Shown: piece after piece, positions 36,412 through 48,284 of the stretch | How positions within the stretch are numbered: the stretch's first letter is position 1 | Layout of the letters: each line of letters starts with the position of its first letter | Assembly: GCF_004010195.1 (NCBI RefSeq) | Contig: NC_057749.1 | Coordinates: forward strand, 8,845,969-8,901,734 | Length of the DNA: 55,766 nucleotides | DNA from: Chiloscyllium plagiosum | Lineage: Eukaryota | Direction: 5' to 3' | The notes under the pieces: generated by a model | What the model was told of the DNA's origin: nothing | The model's input: the letters and a program-made list of their open reading frames with translations, nothing else | Database searches by the model: none | Made by a program: the position numbers and the translations under genes

Positions 36412-36686
36412 CTTCTGGTGCTTCTCTGCTTCTGACCCCTCCTGTATCACCAGTTTCCTTTGTTGCATCATTGACAGAGGGAGTGGACAGGAGAATGGAA
36501 ACATATCAGCCATTATCAAATGGTAAGCAGACATTTGATGGACTGAATGGCCTAATTCTGCTGCTTTATCTTATGGTCTCATTGACAGCTAGTAATTCAG
36601 CGACTAATCTGGGAAATATTTCTTTCCTAACCTCCCCCAATTGCCACCTCAATCCATTTAAGACAGTTCTTAAAAGCTACTGTTAT

Positions 36687-37011
36687 GGGCAGCATAGTGG
36701 CTCAGTGCTTAGCAATGCTAACTCACAGTGACCTGGGTTCGGTTCCACCCCTGGGCGACTGTCGATGTGAAGTTTAAATGTTCTCCCTGTGTCTACTTTG
36801 ATTTCCTCTCACAGTCCAAATATGTGCAGGTGAGGGTGAATTGGCCATGCTAAGTTGCCCCATAGTGTGCTGGTGAGGGTGGATTAGCCATGGGAAATGT
36901 ACTGTTACAGAGATAGGGTACTGCGGTGGATCTGGCTGGGATGCTCTTCAAAGGGTCAGTGTTGATTTGATGGGCTGAACAGCCTGCTTCCATTGTAGAC
37001 ATTCAATGATT
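36687..37011 (+). mobile_element. HE1-like SINE (older)
   Basis: Head gggcagcatagtggctcagtgcttagca and a diverged body. Confidence 0.75.
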
Positions 37012-38799
37012 CACCAAGTTTTTGGTCATATCTTGTGTCCCCTTAGAAGTTCATTTACTCCCAACATTAATTGCACTTCCAACATTGACCATTACCTGAA
37101 CATAAATAACTTTAATCAATATCAGTGTTCTTGAAAACTCAGTGAAACACATGCGCTTCCTGTTTGTAAACCTTTCTTCCTGTTCTCACAGGTTTTAGTC
37201 ATGGTTTTCGTGTTGACAGTCAGTTTTAAACATTTTTTAAATTCGTTCATGGGATATGGGCATCGCTGGCTGGGCCAGCCTTTATTGCCCGTCCCTAGTT
37301 GCCCTTGGGAAGCTGGTGGTGAGCTGCCTCACTGAATCAGTCCACCTGCTGTGGGTTGACCCACAGTGCCGTTAAGGAGGGAATTCCAGGATTGCGACAG
37401 TGAAGGATGTATTTTCAAGTCAGGATGGTGAGTGGCTTGGAGGGGAACTTGCAGGGGGTGGTGTTCCTATGTATCTACTGACCTTGTCCTTCAAGATGGA
37501 AGTGGCCATGGGTTTGGAAGATGCTATGTAAGCGTCTTTGGTGAATTTCTACCCCTTGTGTGTCATTATAAAACCCCATTTACTAAGCAGTGGTGCGTGC
37601 CATGGCAGTCCACCTGTACAAAGTGTCAGATTTCTGGTCAGCCACATGTTCAATTTGTCAGTAGGCTCAACGTCAAAATGAGAGCAAATCTGCACAGGTT
37701 GGATTGGTACCGCGAGCAATGGCAAAGAAGGGCTACTAGTGTAGTCATGGTGTTCGGCCTAGTCATTCCTACAACGGTTATCAGGGCAGATTAACCCAAG
37801 CCTTTCTCACAAGGTTTAATCATCTTAGTCTTTAGTGTTAAAGTTTTAGTCTTTTCCTAACTTTTAAGTGACTACTATGTCTTAACTGATTACAAAGCTG
37901 TCCAAAGACTGTTTTAGTCCTCTAGAAACACACTTTTTCAACCCCAGTCTGCTACTTGTCTGAAGATGGTTTGGCTTATAATCATAGGTTTTATCCTTCC
38001 CAAGCAGCATGAACCATGACTGTCGGGGCTATTAATCAATTTACAGTTTCTCAATTATCTGCTTTTTTTTCAAACGGCTTTCTTGTGTACCAATTTACCC
38101 CAGCTGAAAGGGGCAGGGTGGTGATTTTAGTCTCTGTTCCACAACTTCAAAGGAATGAATGCGATGCCTAAATAAAGGGACATTGTTTCATTCCCTTACC
38201 ACTACACCCTTCTCCACTTGAATTTTCCTCTCGTCAATTTGCCGCTTTTCATGATGGTTCATGTCCATGAGGCTTTGTCAGGTTCCCCTCCCGTAGTATC
38301 CTGCAGTCATGGTCATCCTTCATTTCTGAGAGAAGATTGTTTGGGCTCAGTGCCTCTAGTAGTAATACTGCTGAGTGTGACTCACTCCAGATCTGCAGAC
38401 ATACACACACACACAAAATAAAACCCCCTCATCAAAGTGAGTCTCCAGTAATGTTTCCCCCTGCTACCTCAATCCGAGGGAAGTGAGTGTCCTTTGTTCT
38501 TCATTCATTCACAGCTAGGCCAGCATTTATTGCCCATCCCAGAGTGTAGTTAAGAATCAACCCCATTGCTGTGGGTCTGGAGTCTCATGTAGACCAGATC
38601 AGGTAAGGATGGCAGATTTCCTTCCCGAAAGACATTAATGACCCAGATGGGGTTTTCATGACAATCGTCAATGGATTTGTGGTCATCAGCAGACATGCAC
38701 TGCATCTTATCTGCAGAATTTGAACTCAAGTCCCCAGAACATTACTTGGGTCTCTGGATTTACAATTAGGGTGGCACGTGGTTGGCACTGCTGCCTCAC

Positions 38800-39150
38800 T
38801 GTATTTTGTTCCTAATATCATGTGCCCTAATTTTGCTCACTGATCTCCTATGTGGGACTTTATCAAAGCCTTTCTGAAAGTCCAGGTACACTACATCCAC
38901 TGGCTCTCCCGTGTCCATTTTCATTGTTACATCCTCAAAAAATTCCAGAAGATTAGTCAAGTGTGATTTCCCTTTCGTAAATTCATGCTGACTCTGACCT
39001 GTCCTTGTTACTGCTATCCAAATGATTCGTAATTTCATATTTTATAATTGACTCCTGCATCTTTCCCACCACTGACATCAGGCTAACCGGTCTATAATTC
39101 CCTGTTTTCTCTCTCTCTCCCTCCTTTCTTGAAAAGTGGGACAACATTAA
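38800..39150 (-). mobile_element. Internal CR1 reverse-transcriptase fragment
   Basis: Minus strand SQHEFTKGKSHLTNLLEFFEDVT...VDVVYLDFQKGFDKVPHRR. Confidence 0.88.
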
Positions 39151-39359
39151 TCACTGCTCTAGACTTGTGTCACAGCATCGCTGAGCAAGTTGATTTCTTG
39201 TTTCAAATCTCCAGCATCCACAGTGTGTGATTTTTGAACTTTTTTCCCCTTATCAATCTGTTTAGAGATGTTATGACAAATTCCCTACAGCAGCTGGGAT
39301 TTGAATGCAAGGCTCCCAGCTTAGAGATAGGGACACACCAGTGCATCGCAATAGCCCTT

Positions 39360-39625
39360 GGAAACCAGTCACCATTGACCTAGAGGCTGTTCTCTCATTA
39401 GAGAGAGAGATAGATAGCTGGTGGTGAGGTTAATCTGAGGCTCACAACACCTCAGACAAGGGATCTCCAGTATCTAGCAGTCCTCACTTACTCCTAATTG
39501 ATTTCAACTTAAGGGATAAGGTTAAGAAGGTATGGGATTCAATGAACCCCTTCCAGGAATTGAACCCCCGGTGTTGGCAGCACTTTGCATCGCAAGCCAG
39601 CCATCCAGCCAACTGAGCTAACCAA
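39360..39625 (-). mobile_element. tRNA-derived SINE of a further family
   Basis: Minus strand ggttagctcagttggctgg...gggttcaattcc with A/B-box-like motifs. Confidence 0.55.
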
Positions 39626-40050
39626 CCCTCCACCTGAGCCATTTGATTAGAAGTCATCTGAAGGGGGAAGCAGCTGGTTCTGGGAGAGATCACTGTTGAT
39701 CGGGAGCCATCACAAGACAAAAAATCTTTGTGTTGTAGTTTCTACAAAAAGCAGTCGAGTCGATAATATTGTATGATTTCAAGAAGGAGTTGGATATAGC
39801 ACCAGGGGGCTAAAGGGATCAAAGGATATGGAGGGGAAAAGCAGAAACAGACTGTTGAGTGGGATGATCAGCCATGATAATGAATGATGGAGCAGTCTCG
39901 AAGGGCTGAATGGCCTACTCCATCTGGTGCTTTCTATGTTTCTACAAGCAATGCTTGATCATTGAAAGAGAAGTTGAATCTTGATTTGTCCATCAGTCTC
40001 ACTGTGCTGACCTACATTGGCTCCTTCTCCAGCAATGCCTTCACTTTAAA

Positions 40051-40269
40051 GTTAGAGACAAGAAGGCTGCAGATGCTGGAATCCAATGTAGACAAACAGG
40101 AGGCTGGAGGAACACAGCAAGCCAGGCAGCATCAGGAGGTGGAGAAGTCGACGTTTCAGGTATAACCCTTCTTCAGGTCCTGAAGAAGGATTATACCTGA
40201 AATGTCGACTTCTCCACCTCCTGATGCTGCCTGGCCTGCTGTGTCCCTTGAGCCACCTGCCTGTCCACT
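40051..40269. mobile_element. Palindromic Penelope-like insertion with hammerhead-like cores
   Basis: Inverted arms centred on 40178 (cttcttcagg-t-cctgaagaag); 11-bp TSD ttcactttaaa at 40040-40050 and 40270-40280. Confidence 0.78.
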
Positions 40270-40659
40270 TTCACTTTAAAATTCACATTCATCTATTAAA
40301 ATCTCTCTGTGGTCTCTCTCCTCGACATCTCTCCTGCAGCCAGCCCTACAACCTCCTCAGTTCTCTGCCTTCCTCCATTCCTTGCCTCTTGCGATTCTAA
40401 ATATTTCCACTTTTTTTAAATTTAAAATTATATGTTATTCATTAAATATCTTTGTATATAGACATTGTCACAAACCCAGACTGGTTCTGTACAGTGGCAT
40501 GTCAAGTAAACAAACAAACCTGTGAGTTTAACTATCCCAGTAAACCAAAGGTATCTTTTGCACATACAAGGTGAAGTATTTCCATCATTGGCGGCAGTGC
40601 CTTCAGCTCCCTGGGCTCTGAGCTCTTAAATTCCCTTCCTTAATCTTTCCCTCTCCACC

Positions 40660-41185
40660 ATTGGTTAGGCCACCTATGGAATATTGCATGCAATTGTGGT
40701 CCCCTTTCTATCGGAAACTTGAAAGGGTTCAGAAAAGATTTCCAAAGATGTTGCCAGGGTTGGAGGATTTGAGCTACAGGGAGAGTTTGAATAGGCTGGG
40801 GCTGAGGGGGTGACCTTGTAGAGGTTCATAAAATCATGAGGGGCATGGATTGGATAAATAGGCAAAGTCTTTTCTCTGGGGTGGGGGAGTCCAGAACTAG
40901 AGGGCACAGGTTTAAGGTGAGAGGGGAAAGATATAAAAGAGACCTAAGGGGCAACGTTTTCGTGCAGAGGGTGGTACATGTATGGAATGAGCTGCCAGAG
41001 GATGTGGTGGAGGCTGCAACATTTAAAAGGCATTTGGATGAGTATATGAATAGGAAGGGTTTGGAGGGATATGGGCCGGGTGCTGTCAGGTGGGACTAGA
41101 TTAGGTAGGGATATCTGGTCGGCATGGACGAGTTGGACTGAAGGGTCTGTTTCTGTGCTGTACATCTCTATGACCCTATGACTCT
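40660..41185 (+). mobile_element. HER1/CR1 LINE 3' fragment
   Basis: Encodes MRGMDWINRQSLF...RTRGHRFKVRGERYKRDLRGN...WNELPE. Confidence 0.9.
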
Positions 41186-43119
41186 CTCTCCCTTCCTTTA
41201 GTCATTCCTTAAAACTGATTTCTTGGAAAACGCTTCTCATCAGTTGCTCTAACATTTCTGTATATGACTCAGTATCGAGTCTGTGATAACAGTCCTGTGT
41301 AGCCCCTTGGGATGTTTTACTTTAGTTATGCAAATATGAGTTACTGTACGTGGTTTGGCTGTTCCACATTGACTATAATGAGTCCAGTCAAGCAGCAATG
41401 TAACAATCTTTTTTTGTACCTATGTGTTTTTGTTCAAGGTTAAAATTTAATCCAGTTTCCTGTTGCACTTGTCACATTAAATTGCAATTACAATGTGCTT
41501 TAAGAGAAAGACAAAGGCTTTTGATTTCAAAAGCTGAATTTCTGGTCAAGATCCTTCTTTTACATTTTCCCTTACAGGAAACCTGTTTGTGCATCTTGAA
41601 ATTAGGCTTTCAATAGGGAGCATCGCTAGCGTCCCTAACATGTAAGCTGTGAACCCACCAACCTGATATTGTGTTGGTCCCTATAATCTGCTCGAGCTCA
41701 AACCTATTATGGAATCGTGATTAATGCAGTTCCGATGGATGTAGATAACTTGCTACAGAGAGGGCAAAGCAGTTTGACATGTGACATGCCATCAGGTCTT
41801 CAATGCTGAAGCAGATATTTAAGCTGCATTGTCTCTTGGCTCTCCGAATCGATCTCCTCTTTTCTCCTGAAGAACTGCTTGTACTAGATGCAAAAACTCA
41901 GTGAGTGTGTTGTTGGGGAAATACTGATTCTGATTTTGTCCCAAGGCAGATTTTGGAGAAAAAATAACAATGAGGGCATATTGCGCAGGCTAACATTGAA
42001 ATCTTTGGAATTTAGAAGGGAAAGGGCTCATTGAAGATTTTTTAATGTCTTAAGATGAACAGGGAGGTTAGATTAGCAGGAACAGACTTGGATTTATGGA
42101 GTTCAGTCACAGATTACCCGAGGTCTCCCTGAATTGCAGAGGGGCTGAATGACCTCCTGCTGTCCCTCCAAGACTGCATTATGATTGTTTCCGACAGTTG
42201 CCCTTCGCATTTCCCAGAGTGGCCCTGCAGAAGTGTCGAGAGAGGGCCGCAGTGTCCAGACCAGTATCATTCATTCAACATCACCAAGAAACAGGTTGCT
42301 CTGGTGTGGCACTGTTGTTGGTGTGTGACTTACATCAGAGCCCTGGGGGAGAGCTTAGCAGTCACAGGGAGGTGGGGGGGGTGGGGTTGGTGGTGAGGAG
42401 TGGTTCAGGGGTCACATCAGAGCCCGGGTGGAGGGGTCAGGTGTCAGGGCAGAATGAGTGGGGAGTGCACCTTTAAACGCAGGGGGATGGGGGAGGTGGG
42501 GGAGCGGGTTGGCGGTAGGAGTGTGGGGGAATTGTGAGGCTGGCGTTTTAGTTGATTGACTCTCCGTCACTGCTGTCCTCAGGAATGATTAATGGACTCC
42601 CTTGCGCCTCCTTGTGATAACATTCCTGAGCTGTCCGTCCAGACCTGACGGGAAATAAAATGACGGGAGCTGTCTGTGCGTCCACCCACCATGACCACTG
42701 TGTACAGACAAGGACACTGGAGAAAGACTCTGGGTGGGCTCCACTCCAGAAGCTGTGTACCACTGTCAGGGGGAGCAGCCTGATGTTTAAAGATTACACC
42801 GGGACAGGGGAGGGGTGACAGCTCCCGGACTAGCATGTTTGTTGCTGTCACAGCGGTCTCCTCAAGCGGGGAAGCAAATTAAGCCAGTCAATATGGTTCT
42901 CAATCATTTGTCATCGGGCTGGGAGCTGCAGTCATTCATAATAATGTGGACGGAGATTGTGAGGGAAAGGGTCAGGTGAATTCAGCAGCTTCCCTCAGTC
43001 TGAACGTGTCCCATTCTGTGGCTGTGCACACTGTAGTACAGCCATCCACATCTGCTTTCCCAATAGGCAGGACCAGGGCATCACAGTGTTCAGTTGGGGA
43101 ATGTTATATTTGTTAACGA

Positions 43120-43240
43120 GGGCTCAGTGGGTTCCACACTCACCTCTGAATCACAAGGTGCAGATCCCAGGCTGGAGCTTGAGCCCAAAAATCAAAGCTG
43201 ACGCCCGAGTGTATGGTTAAGGGAGCAGCATACTTCGAGA
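43120..43240 (+). mobile_element. 5' part of a SacSINE-like (Deu-domain) SINE leading into the minisatellite
   Basis: gctcagtgg...cacctctgaatcacaagg...cttgagcccaaaaatcaaagctgac resembles the remembered head of shark Deu-SINEs. Confidence 0.55.
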
Positions 43241-45616
43241 GGGTCCGTACTAAGGAGATACTGCACTGTTGGAGGGTCAGTACTGAGGGAGTGCTGCACT
43301 GTGGGAGGGTCAGTACTGAGAGGGTGCTGCACTGTGGGAGGGTCAGTACTGAGCGAGCTCTGCACTGTGGGAGGATCAGTACTGAGGGAGCTCTGCACTG
43401 TGTGAGAGTCAGTACTGAGGGAGTGCTGCACTGTGCGAGGGTCAGTACTGAGGGAGCTCTGCACTGTGGGAGGGTCAGTACTGAGGGAGCACTGCACTTT
43501 GGGAGGGTTAGTACTGAGGTAGTGTTGCACTGTTGGAGGGTCGGTACTGAGGGAGCTCTGCACTGCGGGAGGGTCATTACTGAGGGAGCTCTGCACTGTG
43601 GGAGGGTCAGTACTGAGGGAGCACTGCACTGTGGGAGGGTCAGTACTGAGGGAGCACTGCACTGTGGGAGGTCAGTACTGAGGGAGCTCTGCACTGTTGG
43701 AGGGTCAGTACTGAGGGAGCTCTGCACTATGGGAGGGTCAGTACTGAGGGTGCTCTGCACTGTGGGAGGGTCAGTACTGAGGGAGCACTGCACTGTGGGA
43801 GGGTCAGTACTGAGGGAGCACTGCAATGTTGGAGGGTCAGTACTGAGGGAGCTCTGCACTGTGGGAGGGTCAGTACTGAGGGAGCTCTGCACTGTTGGAG
43901 GGTCAGTACTGAGGGAGCTCTGCGTTGCAGGAGGGTCATTACTGAGGGAGCACTGCACTGTTGGAGGGTCATTACTGGGGGAGTGTTGCATTGTTGGAGG
44001 GTCATTACTGAGGGGGCTCTCCACTGGTTGGAGGGTCAGTACTGAGGGAGCTCTGCACTGTGGGAGGGTCAGTACTGAGGGAGCTCTGCACTGTTGGGAG
44101 GGTCATTACTGAGGGAGCACTCACTGTGGGAGTGTCAGTACTGAGGGAGCACTGCACTGTTGGAGGGTCATTATTCAGAGAGTTCTGCACTGTGGGAGGG
44201 TCAATACTGAGGGAGTGTTGCACTGTTGGAGGGTCATTACTGAGGGAGCTCTGCATTGTGGGAGGGTCAGTACTGAGAGAGCTCTGCACTTTGGGAGGGG
44301 AAGTACTGAGGGAGTGTTGCACTGTGGGAGGGACATTACTGAGGGAGCTCTGCACTGTGGGAGAGTCAGTACTGAGGGAGTGTTGCACTGTTGGAGGGTC
44401 AGTATGGAGGGAGCGCCGCACTGTCGGAGGGTCAGTACTGAGGGAGTGTTGCATTGTCGGAGGGTCAGTACTGAGGGAGTGCTGCACTGTGGGAGGGTCA
44501 GTACTGAGGGAGCACTGCACTGTGGGAGGGTCAGTACAGTGGGAGTACTGCACTGTTGGAGAGTCATTACTGAGGGAGTGCTGCACTGTGGGAGGGTCAT
44601 TACTGAAGAGGCACTCCAATGTGGGAGGGTCAGTACTGAGGGAGAGATGCACTGTTGGAGGGTCAGTACTGAGGGTGTGTTGCACTGTGGGAGGGTCAGT
44701 ACTGAGGGAGTGCTGCACTGTTGGAGGGTCATTACTGAGGGGGCGCTCCACTGTGGGAGGGTCAGTACTGAAGGAGTGTTGCACTGTTGGAGGGTCGGTA
44801 CTGTGGGAGTGTCTTTACTGAGGGAGCGCTGCACTGTTGGAGGGTCATTACTGGGGGAGTGTTGCATTGTTGGAGGCTCATTACTGAGGGGTCTCTCCAC
44901 TGTGGGAGGGTCATTACTGAGGGAGCGCTGCACTGTTGGAGGGTCATTACTGAGGGGGCGTTGCATTGTTGGAGGGTCATTACTGAGGGGGCTCTCCACT
45001 GTGGGAGGGTCATTACTGAGGGAGCGGTGCACTGTTGGGGGGTCATTACTGAGGGAGCGCTGCACTGTTGGAGGGTCATTACTGAGGGGGCGCTCCACTG
45101 TAGGAGGGTCATTACTGAGGGAGTGTTGCACTGTTGGAGGGTCATTACTGAGGGGGCTCTCCACTGTAGGAGGGTCAGTACTGAAAGAGTGTTGTACTGT
45201 TGGAGGGTCAGTACTGAGGGAGTGCTGCACTGTGGGAGGGTCAGTACTGAGGGAGTGTTGCACTGTTGGAGGGTTATTACTGAGGGATTGCTGCACTGTG
45301 GGAGGGTCAGTACTGAGGGAGTGCTGCTCATTGGGAGGGTCAGTATTGAGGGACCGCTGCACTGTGGGAGGGTCAGTACTGAGGGAGAGATACACTGTGG
45401 CAGGGTCAGTACTGAGGGAGAGATCCACTGTGGGAGGGTCAGTATTGAGGGAGTGCTGCACTGTGGGAGGGTCAATGCTGAGGGAGTGCTGCACTGTCAG
45501 AGATTCAGTGCTGAGGGAGTGCCACACTGTTTGAGGGTCAGTGCTGAGGGAACACTGCACTGTCGGAGGGTCAGTACTGAGGGAGTGCCGCATTGTTGGA
45601 GGGTTAGTGCTGAAGG
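43238..45616. repeat. 33-bp minisatellite, ~70 units, consensus GGGAGGGTCAGTACTGAGGGAGTGCTGCACTGT
   Basis: Directly visible tandem array; 11-aa periodicity in all overlapping ORFs. Confidence 0.97.
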
Positions 45617-45964
45617 TGTTTGGCCCTGGTAATTCTGGCTCAGAGCCTGAAACACTAACCACTGTCCCCTTGTTACACCAATGAGTACAAATGAGAAACA
45701 TCACTCTGACTGGGGACTGCCTTCAGGCATCCACTGGGCATGGAAAATGCCACGTAAATGCAGGAGTGTCTTAATTCTGTCACTGTAACTTGTGCCAAAC
45801 GTTCCTGCTTCAGCACAATGATTAAATAACAAAGGAACTGATCCTGAGAGCAAATTTTACAAATGTCCAGAATCCTCCCATTTGTCACCTTCCTCCAGCT
45901 GTACAATCTCAGTCATGAGGTAACATGATAGAAACGTTAGTGATGGGAATGGATTGAAGATGTC

Positions 45965-46330
45965 GGCGTTGTGCTCCGTGGAGAGAAGGCTGCTGAGTGG
46001 AGATCTGGCAGGGATTTTCAAAATCAGGAGTGGGCTGGACAGAGCCGGGAGGGAGAAGTTGTTGGCTGTTTTCAATGAAAGTGAACAAGAGGGTGTAGAT
46101 TTAAAGTGCCAAAGAAACGAGGGTCATAAGAGAGAAACCTTTTTCACTCAGTGAGTAAAGTGTGGAATACCCTGCCTGGAAATGTGGTGGAGGCAGGTTC
46201 AACTGAGGCACTCGAGAGGGGAAATGGACGGCTATTGGAAGAGAAAAGGGGTGCAGGGATCTGAGGAAAAGGCAAGAGATTGGGACTATGCGATTGAACC
46301 AGGCACAATGGGACGAATGGCCTCCATTGT
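45965..46330 (+). mobile_element. Old CR1-clade LINE 3' fragment
   Basis: Encodes SVERRLLSGDLAGIFKIRSGLDR...RETFFTQ. Confidence 0.75.
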
Positions 46331-47044
46331 GCAGTAGCAATGCTGTGATCCCGCTGGAGCATCGCTTGAGATCATTGAAGACTCTGCAAGCCTTTCAGCA
46401 GCTCCCTGGCCGCTCAGATGTGAAGTCATTAATCACCTTCAACTTGACAGGGGCGGGGAGGGAGGGTGGGATGGTGCATTTGAGGGAGGGGGTGGGGAGT
46501 CCATCGTTGACCTGGCCCCAACGCTGAAATCCTCCCCCTTCCCCAGCTGGGCTAACAGGCTCTGTGATCTGTCCTGCTCTTGCCTAATGTGGCAGCTCCC
46601 ACAGAGCCAAGAGCTATCACGTTACGGAGTATATCTCTGGCAGCAGCTGCTACCACACTGGGAGTGGTGGGTCAAGAATCCCCACACCTTGTGACATATG
46701 ATCACTGCCCACTTCTCTCTCTCTCTCCCCCCCCCCCGCGCTCTCTCTACCTCTGTTGGCAGCGTTGTCCCTGATTGTATTGAGCGCAGGTCTCTTCTGT
46801 ATGGGCAACGGAAGGAAACCTGTGGAAGCAGCTTCAGGGCGTTGTTGGCGGACTGCGAGGAATGTAGCAGGGAGTTGCTGAAACTTCCGTGGGAGACGGG
46901 AACACGCTGGGAATTTGGGTGACTATAGTCGGTTCCTTGGAAGGATGGAAAAGTGGTGTTCACAATCACAAGTGGTTCACATGAAACAATGTTGGCGGTT
47001 AGTTGGGATAGCAAATAATTTCCCTTAGTTAGTCGCTGCAAAGT

Positions 47045-47167
47045 ATTTTACATGAGTGTTACGTTTAGTGAAATAACATTGAAAGGAGGTTCCAATGGGG
47101 CATAAACACCAGCACAGAACAGGCTCCTTTCAACATTGTTTCACTAAATGTAACACGCGTGTAAAAT
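47045..47167. repeat. Inverted repeat: 44-bp arms, 35-nt spacer
   Basis: 47045-47088 versus 47124-47167, 38/44 complementary. Confidence 0.85.
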
Positions 47168-47174
47168 CCTCTAT

Positions 47175-47325
47175 GATTAGATTAGATTAGATTCTCTACA
47201 GTGTGGAAACAGGCCCTTCGGCCCAACAAGTCCACCCCGACCCTCCGAAGAGTAACCCACCCAGACACATTTCTCTCTGACTAACGTACCTAACACTATG
47301 GGCAATTTTAGCATGGCCAATTCAC
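47175..47325 (-). mobile_element. HE1-like SINE 3' fragment
   Basis: (attag)n tail and acagtgtggaaacaggcccttcggccc. Confidence 0.8.
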
Positions 47326-48284
47326 TGTGAATGGTGTTGAGTTGAGACACTTGGGATTAGGAGCCAGGTGGCAGGTCCCAAATAACAAATGATTAAAAAC
47401 ATACGGTGAGCCAGTGGTATGGCAGTCCGGCGGTCTCGGCCAGGGGTCCAGGCAAATGCTTTGGGAATACAGGTTCAAATCCCGGCTCCACCACAGCCGA
47501 AGGAATATCAATGAAATTGATCGATGTGGAATTGAAGACTAGTCTCAGGGATAACGGCCATGAAGCTGCCGCTGATTGTTATTAAGTGCTTTTGGGTCCA
47601 CTAATGCCCTTTAGGGAAGGAAATTTGCCTTTCTTTCCCGGTCTGGCCTCCATGTGACTCCAGACCCACAGCATTGCAGTTAGCGTCTAACTGCCCTCTG
47701 AAATGGCCCTAGAAACGCACTCAGTTCAAAGACGATTTGAGACGGGCAACACAGTGACACCTGGATTCCAGGAAGGAATAAAAAATGCTAAATAATTAGT
47801 AAATTAATTGCCATTTAATAGAAAGAACACCAATTTAAGGCAAAGGATGCCCACTGACGGTGATGGGGACAGGTATGAACTCATCACTCTACACAGAGTG
47901 CTGAAATGCCACCTTAAAACAGAATTCATGTTGTGTTACTTCTTTGGATAAGTAACACTTTAAGTAATAGGGGAGTAAGTCATTGAGATACTTCAGCTGT
48001 CTCTAGTTCAGGAGAGGAGCAGATTGGAGTCCACTTCTTCATGGACGCTGTACTCCCACATAAACTCCACAGTCAGGATAAGTCTTCCTGGTACGTCACA
48101 GTTAGCTTGACTCAAACACAGCATGGGAACGTGCTGAAACAGGAGGGACTTCTGGATTTCGGAGATGGAAGGATTTAGCCTATCAGGCAAAACTGTCCCC
48201 ATTGGAGTTTATCGAATGAAGTGTTCTTATTGAAACATGGAACATTTGATCCAGGACAAAGCAGCCCCCATGACTGGCACTCTA

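Noticed and set aside
40179..40212. Hammerhead-like cores at 40180, 23757, 29581, 22315 and 997 as active ribozymes
   Set aside because: Core, stem II or cleavage-site bases are mutated (for example GAAATGTC, GAAATGTT, CCGAAGA); treated as decayed copies.
43238..45616. CRISPR-like array of ~33-bp partly palindromic repeats
   Set aside because: Units are directly adjacent with no unique spacers, there are no cas genes, and the context is a vertebrate intron.
43140..45704. Long ORFs (up to 509 aa) on both strands
   Set aside because: Artefact of a 33-bp (multiple of 3) tandem repeat; open in several frames and both strands with 11-aa periodicity, and no splice or domain support.
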